DNA from: Synergistales bacterium
Lineage (GTDB): Bacteria > Synergistota > Synergistia > Synergistales > JAFGMB01
Reading direction: 5' to 3'
NCBI GenBank assembly: GCA_963666205.1
Contig: OY762654.1
Location: 2,656,001 to 2,720,000 of the forward strand
DNA length: 64,000 nt
The translations under genes and the position numbers were made by a program. The notes below the pieces were generated by a model that was not told where the DNA came from, searched no databases, and saw only the letters and a list, made by a program, of their open reading frames with translations. Positions 18,084-26,105 of this stretch are shown here, piece after piece (position 1 is the stretch's first letter; the number at the start of each line of letters is the position of its first letter).

Positions 18084-20021
18084 ATGTTCCCTGATAAAAT
18101 TACCCTAACGGATTTTCCGACAGAAGATCTTTCTCAGGATCAGATAGATATTCTGTCCGAGGCGGCACGAAAGTGCAGAGCCATGGCAGTTACCATGACT
18201 ACAGTTGCAGGTAGTGGTCATCCTGCAGGTTCTCTTTCCAGTATGGAAATGTATATTATGACCTACAGTGTTGCAGATTTATCTCCCCTCAACTTCAGAT
18301 CCCGGGACAGGGATTACGTAGTGGTAAGTCATGGTCATACTTCTCCGGGAGCCTATTCAGCCCTTTCCTATTATGGTTTTGTGGACCCATGGGATGTAAT
18401 GGCTCATTTCAGACAGGCAGGGAGCCCTTTTCAAGGGCATGTTGAAAGGGAAGTTCCTGGTATAGACTGGGGAACGGGTAACCTGGGTCAGGGATTGTCT
18501 GCAGGCGTGGGTTTCGCCCTTTCTCAGAAAAGCAAGGGGTATGATGGCAGGGTCTTTGTCCTTTCAAGTGACGGAGAACAGACTAAAGGACAGATTGCTG
18601 AGGCTAGGCGAATAGCGGTAAAGCAGGGATTGTCCAATCTTACTGTTCTGATCGATTACAACCATATTCAGATTTCCGGACGTACTGAGGAAATAATGCA
18701 GGCTGATCTCAGGCTTCTATGGAAGGCTGATGGCTGGGATGTTCTTGAGTGTGACGGTCACAGCTTCAGAGACATTTATTCTTCCCTTTTACAGGCATCG
18801 GGATCGGAAGTACCCACAGTAATTCTCTGTCATACCACTATGGGTAAAGGCGTTTCTTTCATGGAGAATATTCCTGAATATCATGGAAAGGCCGTTTCTG
18901 GTGAGCTATACCTGCAGGCATTGAAGGAGCTTGGAGAAGACCCGGGTATTCTTGAGAAAGCCGTTGATCTCAGGTCAGGTTCCTTCCCTCCCGGAATTAA
19001 GCTCTCCATGCCAGCGATCAACCTCGTTTCTCCTGATCCGGTTGATTATCCTTCGGATACAAAAACAGACAACAGGTCAGCTTTTGGAAAAGCGCTGTCT
19101 GATGTTGGTATCTTAAATTATAAGTTTCCCGGGAGGACTCCTATACTTGTTTTTGATTGTGATCTTGCCAGTTCCGTCAAAACATTGTCCTTTGCAGAAA
19201 GCTGCCCTGAATGGTTTATTCAGGCAGGTATACAGGAACATTCTGTAGCTACAGTTGCCGGTGCTGCTTCTGCAGGAGGGGTTGTAAGCCTGTGGGCAGA
19301 CTTTGGTGTTTTTGGCCTCTGTGAAGCCTACAATCAGCAGCGCCTCAATGATATTAACAACTCCAATCTAAAGCTGGTTCTTACCCATGTTGGTCTTGAT
19401 GTAGGAGAGGATGGGATGACCCATCAGTGTATCGATTATGTTGGTCTTCTCAGAAATACCTTTGGCTGGAAACTTGTCGTGCCTGCAGATCCTAATCAGA
19501 CTGATCGTATAACACGGTGGTCCATCTGTGAGAGAGGAAATATCTGTTTAGCAATGGGCAGAAGCAAGACCGATATTATTACTGATGAAGATGGTATCCC
19601 CTGTTTTTCCGGAAAATATGCCTTTACATATGGCCGTTATGACCTTGTCAGAAATGGAACCTCAGGTGCTATTCTTGCTATGGGAAGTATGTTTCCCAAG
19701 GCTTTCAAAGCATGGCAGATCCTTAAAAACATGGGGATTGAAGTGAAGCTTTACAACGTTTCATGTCCTCTTGAAGTGGACTTAGACTCATTGAAGGAAG
19801 CCGCATCGACAGGAGCGATCATTACTTGTGAAGACCATAATGTCAATAGCGGTATGGGTTCCATTGTTGCCTCAAAGATGGCATCTCTTGGTTTGCAATC
19901 CAGGATCGTTTCAATGGGAGTTCACAGATACGGGACTTCCGGAGCTTCCTCTGAAGTCTTTAAGCATATGGGGCTTGATGTAGACGACATAGTTCTTCAG
20001 ATGCAGCTTCTCCTCAGATAA
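18084..20021 (+). CDS. tkt: Transketolase
   Basis: SGHPAGSLS, RDYVVVSHGH, GNLGQG, TPP motif SDGE..N, GIQEH, GEDGMTHQ. Confidence 0.9.
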   Translation: MFPDKITLTDFPTEDLSQDQIDILSEAARKCRAMAVTMTTVAGSGHPAGSLSSMEMYIMTYSVADLSPLNFRSRDRDYVVVSHGHTSPGAYSALSYYGFVDPWDVMAHFRQAGSPFQGHVEREVPGIDWGTGNLGQGLSAGVGFALSQKSKGYDGRVFVLSSDGEQTKGQIAEARRIAVKQGLSNLTVLIDYNHIQISGRTEEIMQADLRLLWKADGWDVLECDGHSFRDIYSSLLQASGSEVPTVILCHTTMGKGVSFMENIPEYHGKAVSGELYLQALKELGEDPGILEKAVDLRSGSFPPGIKLSMPAINLVSPDPVDYPSDTKTDNRSAFGKALSDVGILNYKFPGRTPILVFDCDLASSVKTLSFAESCPEWFIQAGIQEHSVATVAGAASAGGVVSLWADFGVFGLCEAYNQQRLNDINNSNLKLVLTHVGLDVGEDGMTHQCIDYVGLLRNTFGWKLVVPADPNQTDRITRWSICERGNICLAMGRSKTDIITDEDGIPCFSGKYAFTYGRYDLVRNGTSGAILAMGSMFPKAFKAWQILKNMGIEVKLYNVSCPLEVDLDSLKEAASTGAIITCEDHNVNSGMGSIVASKMASLGLQSRIVSMGVHRYGTSGASSEVFKHMGLDVDDIVLQMQLLLR

Positions 20022-20129
20022 GCGGGAGGTCTTGACTGGAAACCTGCCTGTTTTTACTAACACTCTCGGATCAGATATCATGGTCTGAAAGAGTTCAGTT
20101 GCGGACTTGATGAAATGAGAGGGTTTGTG

Positions 20130-20684
20130 ATGGGAAATATCCTTTTACACGTCTGCTGTGCTCCTGATGGTACTGTTCCTTTCCTGGAACTTGCGTCAGG
20201 ACGGAATAACGTTATCGGTTTTTTTTATGGAAATAACATTCATCCATACGAAGAATTTCTCAAAAGGAAAGAAGCAGCTGTTCGCCTTGCAGAGTTCATG
20301 AATGTAAAGTTCATAATAAATGATTATGAACCTGAACTCTGGATCAATGCTACTCTGAAATATTCTTCGCAACCGGAAGGTGGCAAACGGTGCCCCCTTT
20401 GTTTTAAACTTCAACTGGAGTCAAGTGCAGAGGCTGCATTGAACCTCAACTGTCAATTTCTGAGTACAACTCTGACCATAAGTCCCCATAAAGACCCAGG
20501 TCTTATAAATAGTATCGGGAAAGAAGTTGCTTCACGTTATGGATTGACCTGGGTTGAAAAAATATGGAGAAAAAATGATGGATTTAAGCGGTCGGTAAAT
20601 CTTAGCAGAAAAATCGGCCTTTACCGCCAGACATATTGTGGATGTATTTACAGCTTTAGAGGAGATGAACTTTCAGATGAATGA
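20130..20684 (+). CDS. queH: Epoxyqueuosine reductase QueH
   Basis: LLHVCCAPD, NIHP.EE, EGGKRCPLC, TTLTISPHK, YRQTYCGC. Confidence 0.9.
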   Translation: MGNILLHVCCAPDGTVPFLELASGRNNVIGFFYGNNIHPYEEFLKRKEAAVRLAEFMNVKFIINDYEPELWINATLKYSSQPEGGKRCPLCFKLQLESSAEAALNLNCQFLSTTLTISPHKDPGLINSIGKEVASRYGLTWVEKIWRKNDGFKRSVNLSRKIGLYRQTYCGCIYSFRGDELSDE

Positions 20685-21654
20685 CACTATTCCTGTACCG
20701 GTAGGGAAATTACCACCCCGGATTCTTCAAGAGAGAATTCTTGGTTTCTCTGGTTTTAAAAGGCCCGAAGTCCTGGTAGGTCCAGGCGTGGGGGAGGATG
20801 CATGTATCATTGATCTTCCGGGTGATAAATATACTGTTGTGGCTTCTGATCCTATCGTAGGTGCCTCCGAGGGAGCGGGAAGGCTGCTTGTTCATGTAAA
20901 TGTCAATGACATAGCCTGCAAGGGCGGGGATCCGGCATATTTCATGGTAACCCTTATAATTCCGGTTTCCATGGGTCTTGCATTTGCAGAAAAAATAATG
21001 TCTGAGATCGATGCAGTTTGTCGAGATCTTAAAATAGCGATAATTGGAGGCCATACAGAGTTTACAGATCGTTACGATAAACCTGTAATAGTGGGTACTG
21101 TTGTTGGTAGTACCTCTTTCCTTTATCAAGCGGGATCACTGGTTCCCGGAGATGTGCTGATAATGACAAAACATGCAGGTCTTGAAGGAATGTCCATTCT
21201 GGCAAATGACAGACCTGACCTTATTTCCCCTGTGGTTACTCCTGAAGAGTTGCAGGAGATCCTTTCATGGGTTTCAGATCTTTCTATTTATCCAGAGTCT
21301 ATTCTGGTCCGTAATAATGTCAAGTTTATGCATGACCCCACAGAAGGAGGTCTCAAGGGCGGACTGGCCGAGATAGCAAGGCTCAGTGGACTGGGTATAG
21401 AGCTTGATCATGATGCCATTCCAGTTCATCCTCTAACGAGAAAAGTCCAAGAACATCTTGGTTTCGACGTTTATCACCTCATATCTTCGGGAGTCCTTGT
21501 GATGGTGGTAGACAGGGAAAAGAGTTCCATTGTCCTTGAAAGTCTCAGGAACGCAGGGATAGAAGCCTCTGCCATTGGCAGTATGGTTCTGAAAAGCGAA
21601 GCAAAATGTGAGCTGACTTCCGAGGAAGAACTATGGAGGGTTCTGGCACTTTAA
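20677..21654 (+). CDS. AIR synthase/HypE-related protein (PurM-like superfamily), function unknown
   Basis: GKLPP, GPGVGEDA, NVNDIA, GGHTE, MHDPTEGG, LISSG; no C-terminal PRIC. Confidence 0.8.
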   Translation: MNDTIPVPVGKLPPRILQERILGFSGFKRPEVLVGPGVGEDACIIDLPGDKYTVVASDPIVGASEGAGRLLVHVNVNDIACKGGDPAYFMVTLIIPVSMGLAFAEKIMSEIDAVCRDLKIAIIGGHTEFTDRYDKPVIVGTVVGSTSFLYQAGSLVPGDVLIMTKHAGLEGMSILANDRPDLISPVVTPEELQEILSWVSDLSIYPESILVRNNVKFMHDPTEGGLKGGLAEIARLSGLGIELDHDAIPVHPLTRKVQEHLGFDVYHLISSGVLVMVVDREKSSIVLESLRNAGIEASAIGSMVLKSEAKCELTSEEELWRVLAL

Positions 21655-21670
21655 GGAGAGGGGCATTGAA

Positions 21671-22771
21671 ATGGATTTCCAGAGAATATCTGAAAGGATT
21701 ATAAAACTGAGGCATATCTTGTCTAAAAGGGAAGTAGATGCCTTTTTTCTTATGGTAACAGAAGGTTATAACTGGGAGAGCGCTTATTATATTTCAGGTT
21801 TCAGGGGAAGTAGCTGTTCCATTCTGGTATCAAATGACGACTCTGTTCTTATCACTGATGGAAGATATCTGAAACAGGCTGGAGACCAGACTCCCTTTTC
21901 AATCGTAGACCAGGCAGGAAGATCTATGACTAGTGTTGTTATGGAAGAGATCAATAAGTCAGGTCTTCAGAATATCGGATTTGAGTCTGACCGGATAACC
22001 TTAAGTCAGTATAAAGAACTTTCAGTTTCAGGGAATCAATGGAGAGACCTTAAAGGAGTCATTCCTCAAATGAGACGTTCCAAGGATGAGATTGAAATTC
22101 TGCTCATCCGGAAAGCGGCCGAAATTGCCCTTGCAGCCTTTGAAAAGACACTTAAAAGTGCTTATGAAGGGATGAAGGAACAGGAATTTTCAAATTGGCT
22201 GGAATTCAACATGAAAGATCTTGGAGCCGAAGGCGGCTGGCCTGGCCATTGCTTCATCGTTGCTTCCGGTCCAAGAAGCGCCTTGCCCCATGGAGTTCCA
22301 ACAACAAGAGAATTTACCAGGGGCGATTGGGTTACAGTAGATTTCGGGGCTGCTTTCAAAGGATATTTGAGTGATATTACAAAGAATTTTATTATTGGAG
22401 ATCCCACTGAGGAGGCTCAAAGGATCCATTCCGTTCTTTACGAAGCCCATATAAAAGCTGCGGAAAGCCTCAAGCCGGGAGTGACAGGAAAAGATGTGGA
22501 TGCCTTGGCAAGAGACGTGATAAAGAAAGCTGGTTATGAAAAATATTTTACCCATGGTCTGGGCCACTCCTTCGGTCTGGAAATACATGAAAGGCCGAGA
22601 CTTTCCTTTACATCAGATGATGTCCTGATGGCCGGAGATGTTGTTACCATTGAACCGGGGATATATATTGAAGGTCTTGGAGGCATGAGAATAGAGGATG
22701 ATTACCTTGTTACACCGGAAGGCTGCATATGTCTTACCGGTGGACCGGATAAGGATCTGAGATCTATCTGA
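21671..22771 (+). CDS. Xaa-Pro aminopeptidase (M24 family)
   Basis: TDGRY, SALPHG, DFGA...SDIT, HGLGH, TIEPGIY, GMRIED. Confidence 0.93.
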   Translation: MDFQRISERIIKLRHILSKREVDAFFLMVTEGYNWESAYYISGFRGSSCSILVSNDDSVLITDGRYLKQAGDQTPFSIVDQAGRSMTSVVMEEINKSGLQNIGFESDRITLSQYKELSVSGNQWRDLKGVIPQMRRSKDEIEILLIRKAAEIALAAFEKTLKSAYEGMKEQEFSNWLEFNMKDLGAEGGWPGHCFIVASGPRSALPHGVPTTREFTRGDWVTVDFGAAFKGYLSDITKNFIIGDPTEEAQRIHSVLYEAHIKAAESLKPGVTGKDVDALARDVIKKAGYEKYFTHGLGHSFGLEIHERPRLSFTSDDVLMAGDVVTIEPGIYIEGLGGMRIEDDYLVTPEGCICLTGGPDKDLRSI

Positions 22772-22866
22772 TCCCCTGATGTTAAAGAGTCCTTTTCGTG
22801 TTGCCATTGTGCAGAGTCAGTCTAGTGTATATAATTATGATAGATTATTAGAAAGGAGGAGATATA

Positions 22867-23025
22867 ATGGAAAAGTATCGTTGCACCGTCTGCGGATATG
22901 TCTATGATCCATCAGAGGGAGATCCTGATAATGGTGTAGCTGCCGGAACCTCCTGGGAAGATGTTCCTGATGAATGGCTTTGCCCTGTTTGTGCTGTGGG
23001 TAAGGATATGTTTGAACCAGAATAG
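22867..23025 (+). CDS. Rubredoxin (52 aa; absent from the ORF track)
   Basis: [52 protein letters not shown] with two CxxC motifs; AGGAGG RBS; TTGTGC-17-TATAAT promoter at 22807-22835. Confidence 0.97.
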   Translation: MEKYRCTVCGYVYDPSEGDPDNGVAAGTSWEDVPDEWLCPVCAVGKDMFEPE

Positions 23026-23041
23026 GAAAACTGATCGTGAT

Positions 23042-23090
23042 AAATTACATACAAAAAAGGGGGGAAATCCCCCTTTTTTGTATGTAATTT
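23042..23090. terminator. Long perfect inverted repeat, probable terminator after rubredoxin
   Basis: 22-bp arms AAATTACATACAAAAAAGGGGG/CCCCCTTTTTTGTATGTAATTT with a 5-nt loop. Confidence 0.8.
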
Positions 23091-23092
23091 TC

Positions 23093-23120
23093 TTGACAGG
23101 TAATTCCTTCAGCTTATAAT
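23093..23120 (+). promoter_or_regulatory. Consensus sigma70 promoter for the amino-acid binding protein gene
   Basis: TTGACA (23093-23098), 16-nt spacer, TATAAT (23115-23120). Confidence 0.75.
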
Positions 23121-23215
23121 GAACATTGCGACACGTAAAACGAGTAAATAAAACAATGGTTTACTATATGCATTCATCGTTGTTTCAAGATAAAAAATCT
23201 TTAGGAGGTCTTCCA

Positions 23216-23977
23216 ATGTTCAGAAAAGTTGTGTGTTTTGCCTTTGTTGCAATGTTGATGGTTGTTGGTTCTGCCGCTTTTGGGGCATCTGCTCTTGACT
23301 CTGATGTATTGATAGTGGGTACGGAATCGACCTTCAGACCCTTTGAATTTAGAAGTGCGGACAATGAAATTGTTGGTTTTGATATGGATCTAGCGAGGAA
23401 GATTGGGGATAAACTTGGAAAAGAGGTAAAAATCGTCGATATGGCCTTTGATGCTCTTATTCCATCCATACTTACAAAGAAGATCCATATTGTTGCTGCG
23501 GGCATGAGCAACACTCCTGAAAGGGCAAAGAAAGTCGCTTTTTCAGATTCCTACTATTCCACACCTGATTCCTTTATAGTAAAGAGCGAGAATGATAATA
23601 TAAAGGGGATTGGAGATCTTGCTGGAAAAACCTGTTCTGTTCAGCTGGGTACTATACAGGACGGATTTGTTTCAGGTCTGAAGGATCTGGAAATCAAAAG
23701 ATTTTCTAAAACCGATGATGCCTTGAGAGAAGTACTTCTCGGAAGAGTTGATTTTGCTGTTGTTGACAGCACTGTTGCCTCTGAAAACCTTAAGTCCAAT
23801 AAAGATTTTGCTGGAAAACTGAAGATCGCATTTAATCACAAGATAGGCAGTTCAGCTATGGCTCTGGCAATGAACAGGGAAGATACGAAGTTTGTTGAAG
23901 CTGTTAATATAGCACTCAGGGAACTCAAAGAAGATGGAACCCTCGAAATGCTAGAAAAGAAGTGGCTTTCCAACTAG
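23216..23977 (+). CDS. Polar amino acid ABC transporter substrate-binding protein (family 3)
   Basis: Signal peptide; GTESTFRPFEF, GFDMDL, FDALIPS, TPERAKKVAFSDSY, QLGT. ATG 23216 follows AGGAGG. Confidence 0.92.
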   Translation: MFRKVVCFAFVAMLMVVGSAAFGASALDSDVLIVGTESTFRPFEFRSADNEIVGFDMDLARKIGDKLGKEVKIVDMAFDALIPSILTKKIHIVAAGMSNTPERAKKVAFSDSYYSTPDSFIVKSENDNIKGIGDLAGKTCSVQLGTIQDGFVSGLKDLEIKRFSKTDDALREVLLGRVDFAVVDSTVASENLKSNKDFAGKLKIAFNHKIGSSAMALAMNREDTKFVEAVNIALRELKEDGTLEMLEKKWLSN

Positions 23978-24010
23978 AAGATCCAAGCTGTTTCAAAGAA
24001 ATCATTAGAT

Positions 24011-24047
24011 AAAAGGGACAGGATATTTTTCCTGCCCCTTTTCTTTT
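24011..24047 (+). terminator. Intrinsic terminator
   Basis: AAAAGGGACAGG/CCTGCCCCTTTT followed by a T-tract. Confidence 0.7.
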
Positions 24048-24150
24048 GGCTTTTTGATGTTTGTGTCTTCAGATAGATCGTATAGCATTTTCTTTGATGT
24101 CAATGGGGGTATAATAGTCCTGATGATATAGATAGGGAGAGTGTTTTAAC

Positions 24151-24444
24151 ATGGATGAAGACAAAAAATCAGCCTTTGAACATTTTAAGGAGTGGTTTGG
24201 AGCATTCTCATATGGAGTCTTTGTAGATAAACGAATGGGGGTTGTCCGAAAAGAAGCCTTTGACCAGTATGACAATCTTATGCTTCTTCTCTTCAGTGAC
24301 TTTCTGGGAATTCCCAACCCTATTTCTTACTACATGCTTGAACTTTTACCCTACATGGCTGATGAACTGGTTCCATGGGAACGAAGGATCCAGAACAGAA
24401 AATTCATCGTGGCAGAAAAAGCTGCCCAATATGACTTTGACTAA
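24151..24444 (+). CDS. Small conserved protein of the type encoded upstream of ArsA-family ATPases (cory-CC-star-like)
   Basis: DNLMLLLFSDFLGIPNPISYYMLELLPY motif recalled from such proteins; GGGAGAG RBS; 13 nt from the ATPase start. Confidence 0.7.
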   Translation: MDEDKKSAFEHFKEWFGAFSYGVFVDKRMGVVRKEAFDQYDNLMLLLFSDFLGIPNPISYYMLELLPYMADELVPWERRIQNRKFIVAEKAAQYDFD

Positions 24445-24457
24445 GGAGTATGGATCA

Positions 24458-25411
24458 ATGAAGGGAAAAGTTTTTCGTAAATTTGTTTTTTTTGGCGGCA
24501 AAGGCGGAACGGGCAAGACTACCTGTGCTGGGGCCTATGCCTTGAAAATGGCTAATGAGGGTTACAAGGCTCTCGTTATTTCTACCGATCCCGCACATTC
24601 TCTTGCAGATGCCTTCGGTTCATCCATAGGACCGGATATTGTTCCTGTAGCTCATAATCTCTGGGGCATTGAAATTGATGCTGAGCTGGAAGCCAAAAAA
24701 TATATGAAGTCCATACAGGACCAGATGTTGAACCTTGTCAGTGCTGTTATTGTGGAGGAGATCAAACGACAGCTTGAGATAGCCTATATGTCGCCGGGAG
24801 CAGAAGAGGCTGCTATTTTTGACAAGTTTATAGAAATTATGGGGCTCATTGATAATCCATATGATGTTATAGTCTTTGATACTGCTCCTACGGGCCATAC
24901 ACTTCGTCTCCTTACTTTACCGGAGATTCTGGGAGCATGGATCGATCATCTCATTGACCGCCATATGAACGCAAGGCAGCTTATGAAAATGTCAGCACGG
25001 TATGACAAGATAATGAAAAAGAAACTTGAAGATGATCCCATAGTCGATGTGCTTATGAAAAGAAAAAACAAGTTCGAGTTTGCCCGAAAAATCCTTACAG
25101 ATGGAGATTCGTGCGAATTTATCTTTGTTCTGAATGCTGAAAAAATGCCCATCCTGGAAACTGAGAGAGCGATAACGATACTTAAGACTTTTTCCATTCC
25201 GGTTGGTGGAGTAGTGGTGAACAGGGTGATACCTCCAGAAGCTGGTGCATTCTTTGAAAAGAGAAGACAGGCTCAGGAAGAGTATCTCCAGGATATAGAT
25301 AAAAGGTTCGGCTACCTCAGCATAGTGAGATTACCCATGTTGGAAACTGATATCCAGGGAATGGAGCAGATGGAAACTGTAGCGAAAATCATGACAGATC
25401 TGGATAGATAA
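24458..25411 (+). CDS. Single-domain ArsA/Get3-family ATPase
   Basis: FFGGKGGTGKTT, STDPAHSLAD, PGAEE, DTAPTGHTLRLL. ATG 24458 follows AAGGAG. Confidence 0.92.
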   Translation: MKGKVFRKFVFFGGKGGTGKTTCAGAYALKMANEGYKALVISTDPAHSLADAFGSSIGPDIVPVAHNLWGIEIDAELEAKKYMKSIQDQMLNLVSAVIVEEIKRQLEIAYMSPGAEEAAIFDKFIEIMGLIDNPYDVIVFDTAPTGHTLRLLTLPEILGAWIDHLIDRHMNARQLMKMSARYDKIMKKKLEDDPIVDVLMKRKNKFEFARKILTDGDSCEFIFVLNAEKMPILETERAITILKTFSIPVGGVVVNRVIPPEAGAFFEKRRQAQEEYLQDIDKRFGYLSIVRLPMLETDIQGMEQMETVAKIMTDLDR

Positions 25412-25448
25412 TGGCATCTTGAGTAAAAAGATCTGGAATCTTTATGAA

Positions 25449-25488
25449 AAATAATAAGACCTCCCTTGTAAGGGAGGTCTTATTATTT
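25449..25488. terminator. Bidirectional terminator between convergent genes
   Basis: 18-bp perfect arms AAATAATAAGACCTCCCT/AGGGAGGTCTTATTATTT. Confidence 0.85.
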
Positions 25489-25502
25489 CTGATTATTGTA
25501 TG

Positions 25503-26000
25503 TCACAATGTGTTCATTGCAATAACATATTCCCCTGCAAGGGCTATAATGGCCTTCCTGGACAAATTTCTTGATTCAATTGTAAGGGTACCTTTTCCAG
25601 GTATATTTATTGAGACAGCCATTCCAGCATAAGGGTAGTTTTCAAAGACAGCCCTTAAGCCTTCTATTTCCAGAGTCGAATATTCAGCACCAAATCCGAT
25701 GGGCCTGTCATTGTTATTTATGTTTCCAGGAGGTATATACAGCTCTCCCGGACCAGGTCCTGTCAGCAGGATCACCTTGGCATTCTTATGAGACTGAGAC
25801 AGAATATCCTGCTGAATAAACCATCCGAGGTTCTCCTTTTCTGTCTTAAGCTCCCTGACCTGTTCTGTTATAATTTCCCATTCGGACAGCAGGGGAATTG
25901 TGGGAACATCTTCGCCAAAGGATGGACTATGATAACAGAAAGCGTTAAAGAAAAACAAAGTTATCACCAGGAACCATATATTATACTTTTCGGTCTTCAT
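25503..26000 (-). CDS. Hypothetical exported protein
   Basis: 165-aa ORF with GAGGG RBS and a hydrophobic signal-like N-terminus; fills the gap between two terminators. Confidence 0.65.
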   Translation of the reverse strand: MKTEKYNIWFLVITLFFFNAFCYHSPSFGEDVPTIPLLSEWEIITEQVRELKTEKENLGWFIQQDILSQSHKNAKVILLTGPGPGELYIPPGNINNNDRPIGFGAEYSTLEIEGLRAVFENYPYAGMAVSINIPGKGTLTIESRNLSRKAIIALAGEYVIAMNTL

Positions 26001-26048
26001 GGGTTTTCCCTCATTTGCAATATAGCTACAATATATATTCTATAACAA

Positions 26049-26084
26049 AAGAGGATGGAGGTAACATTCACCCTCCATCCTCTT
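26049..26084 (-). terminator. Terminator of the aldehyde oxidoreductase operon
   Basis: AAGAGGATGGAGG/CCTCCATCCTCTT; T-run follows on the minus strand. Confidence 0.8.
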
Positions 26085-26105
26085 CTAATGAAAAGAGTAT
26101 TGATT

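Noticed and set aside
20022-20129. Hairpins upstream of queH as a preQ1 riboswitch
   Set aside because: No preQ1-I or preQ1-II core motifs; better explained as the tkt terminator plus an incidental stem.
23126-23215. Longer start of the SBP and a possible ARG box near 23160-23178
   Set aside because: TTG 23126 falls at the predicted TSS with no RBS; the ARG-box similarity is a half-site only.
24242-24457. 72-aa N-terminal extension of the ArsA-family ATPase
   Set aside because: It overlaps the small upstream gene; ATG 24458 has an RBS and directly precedes the P-loop.
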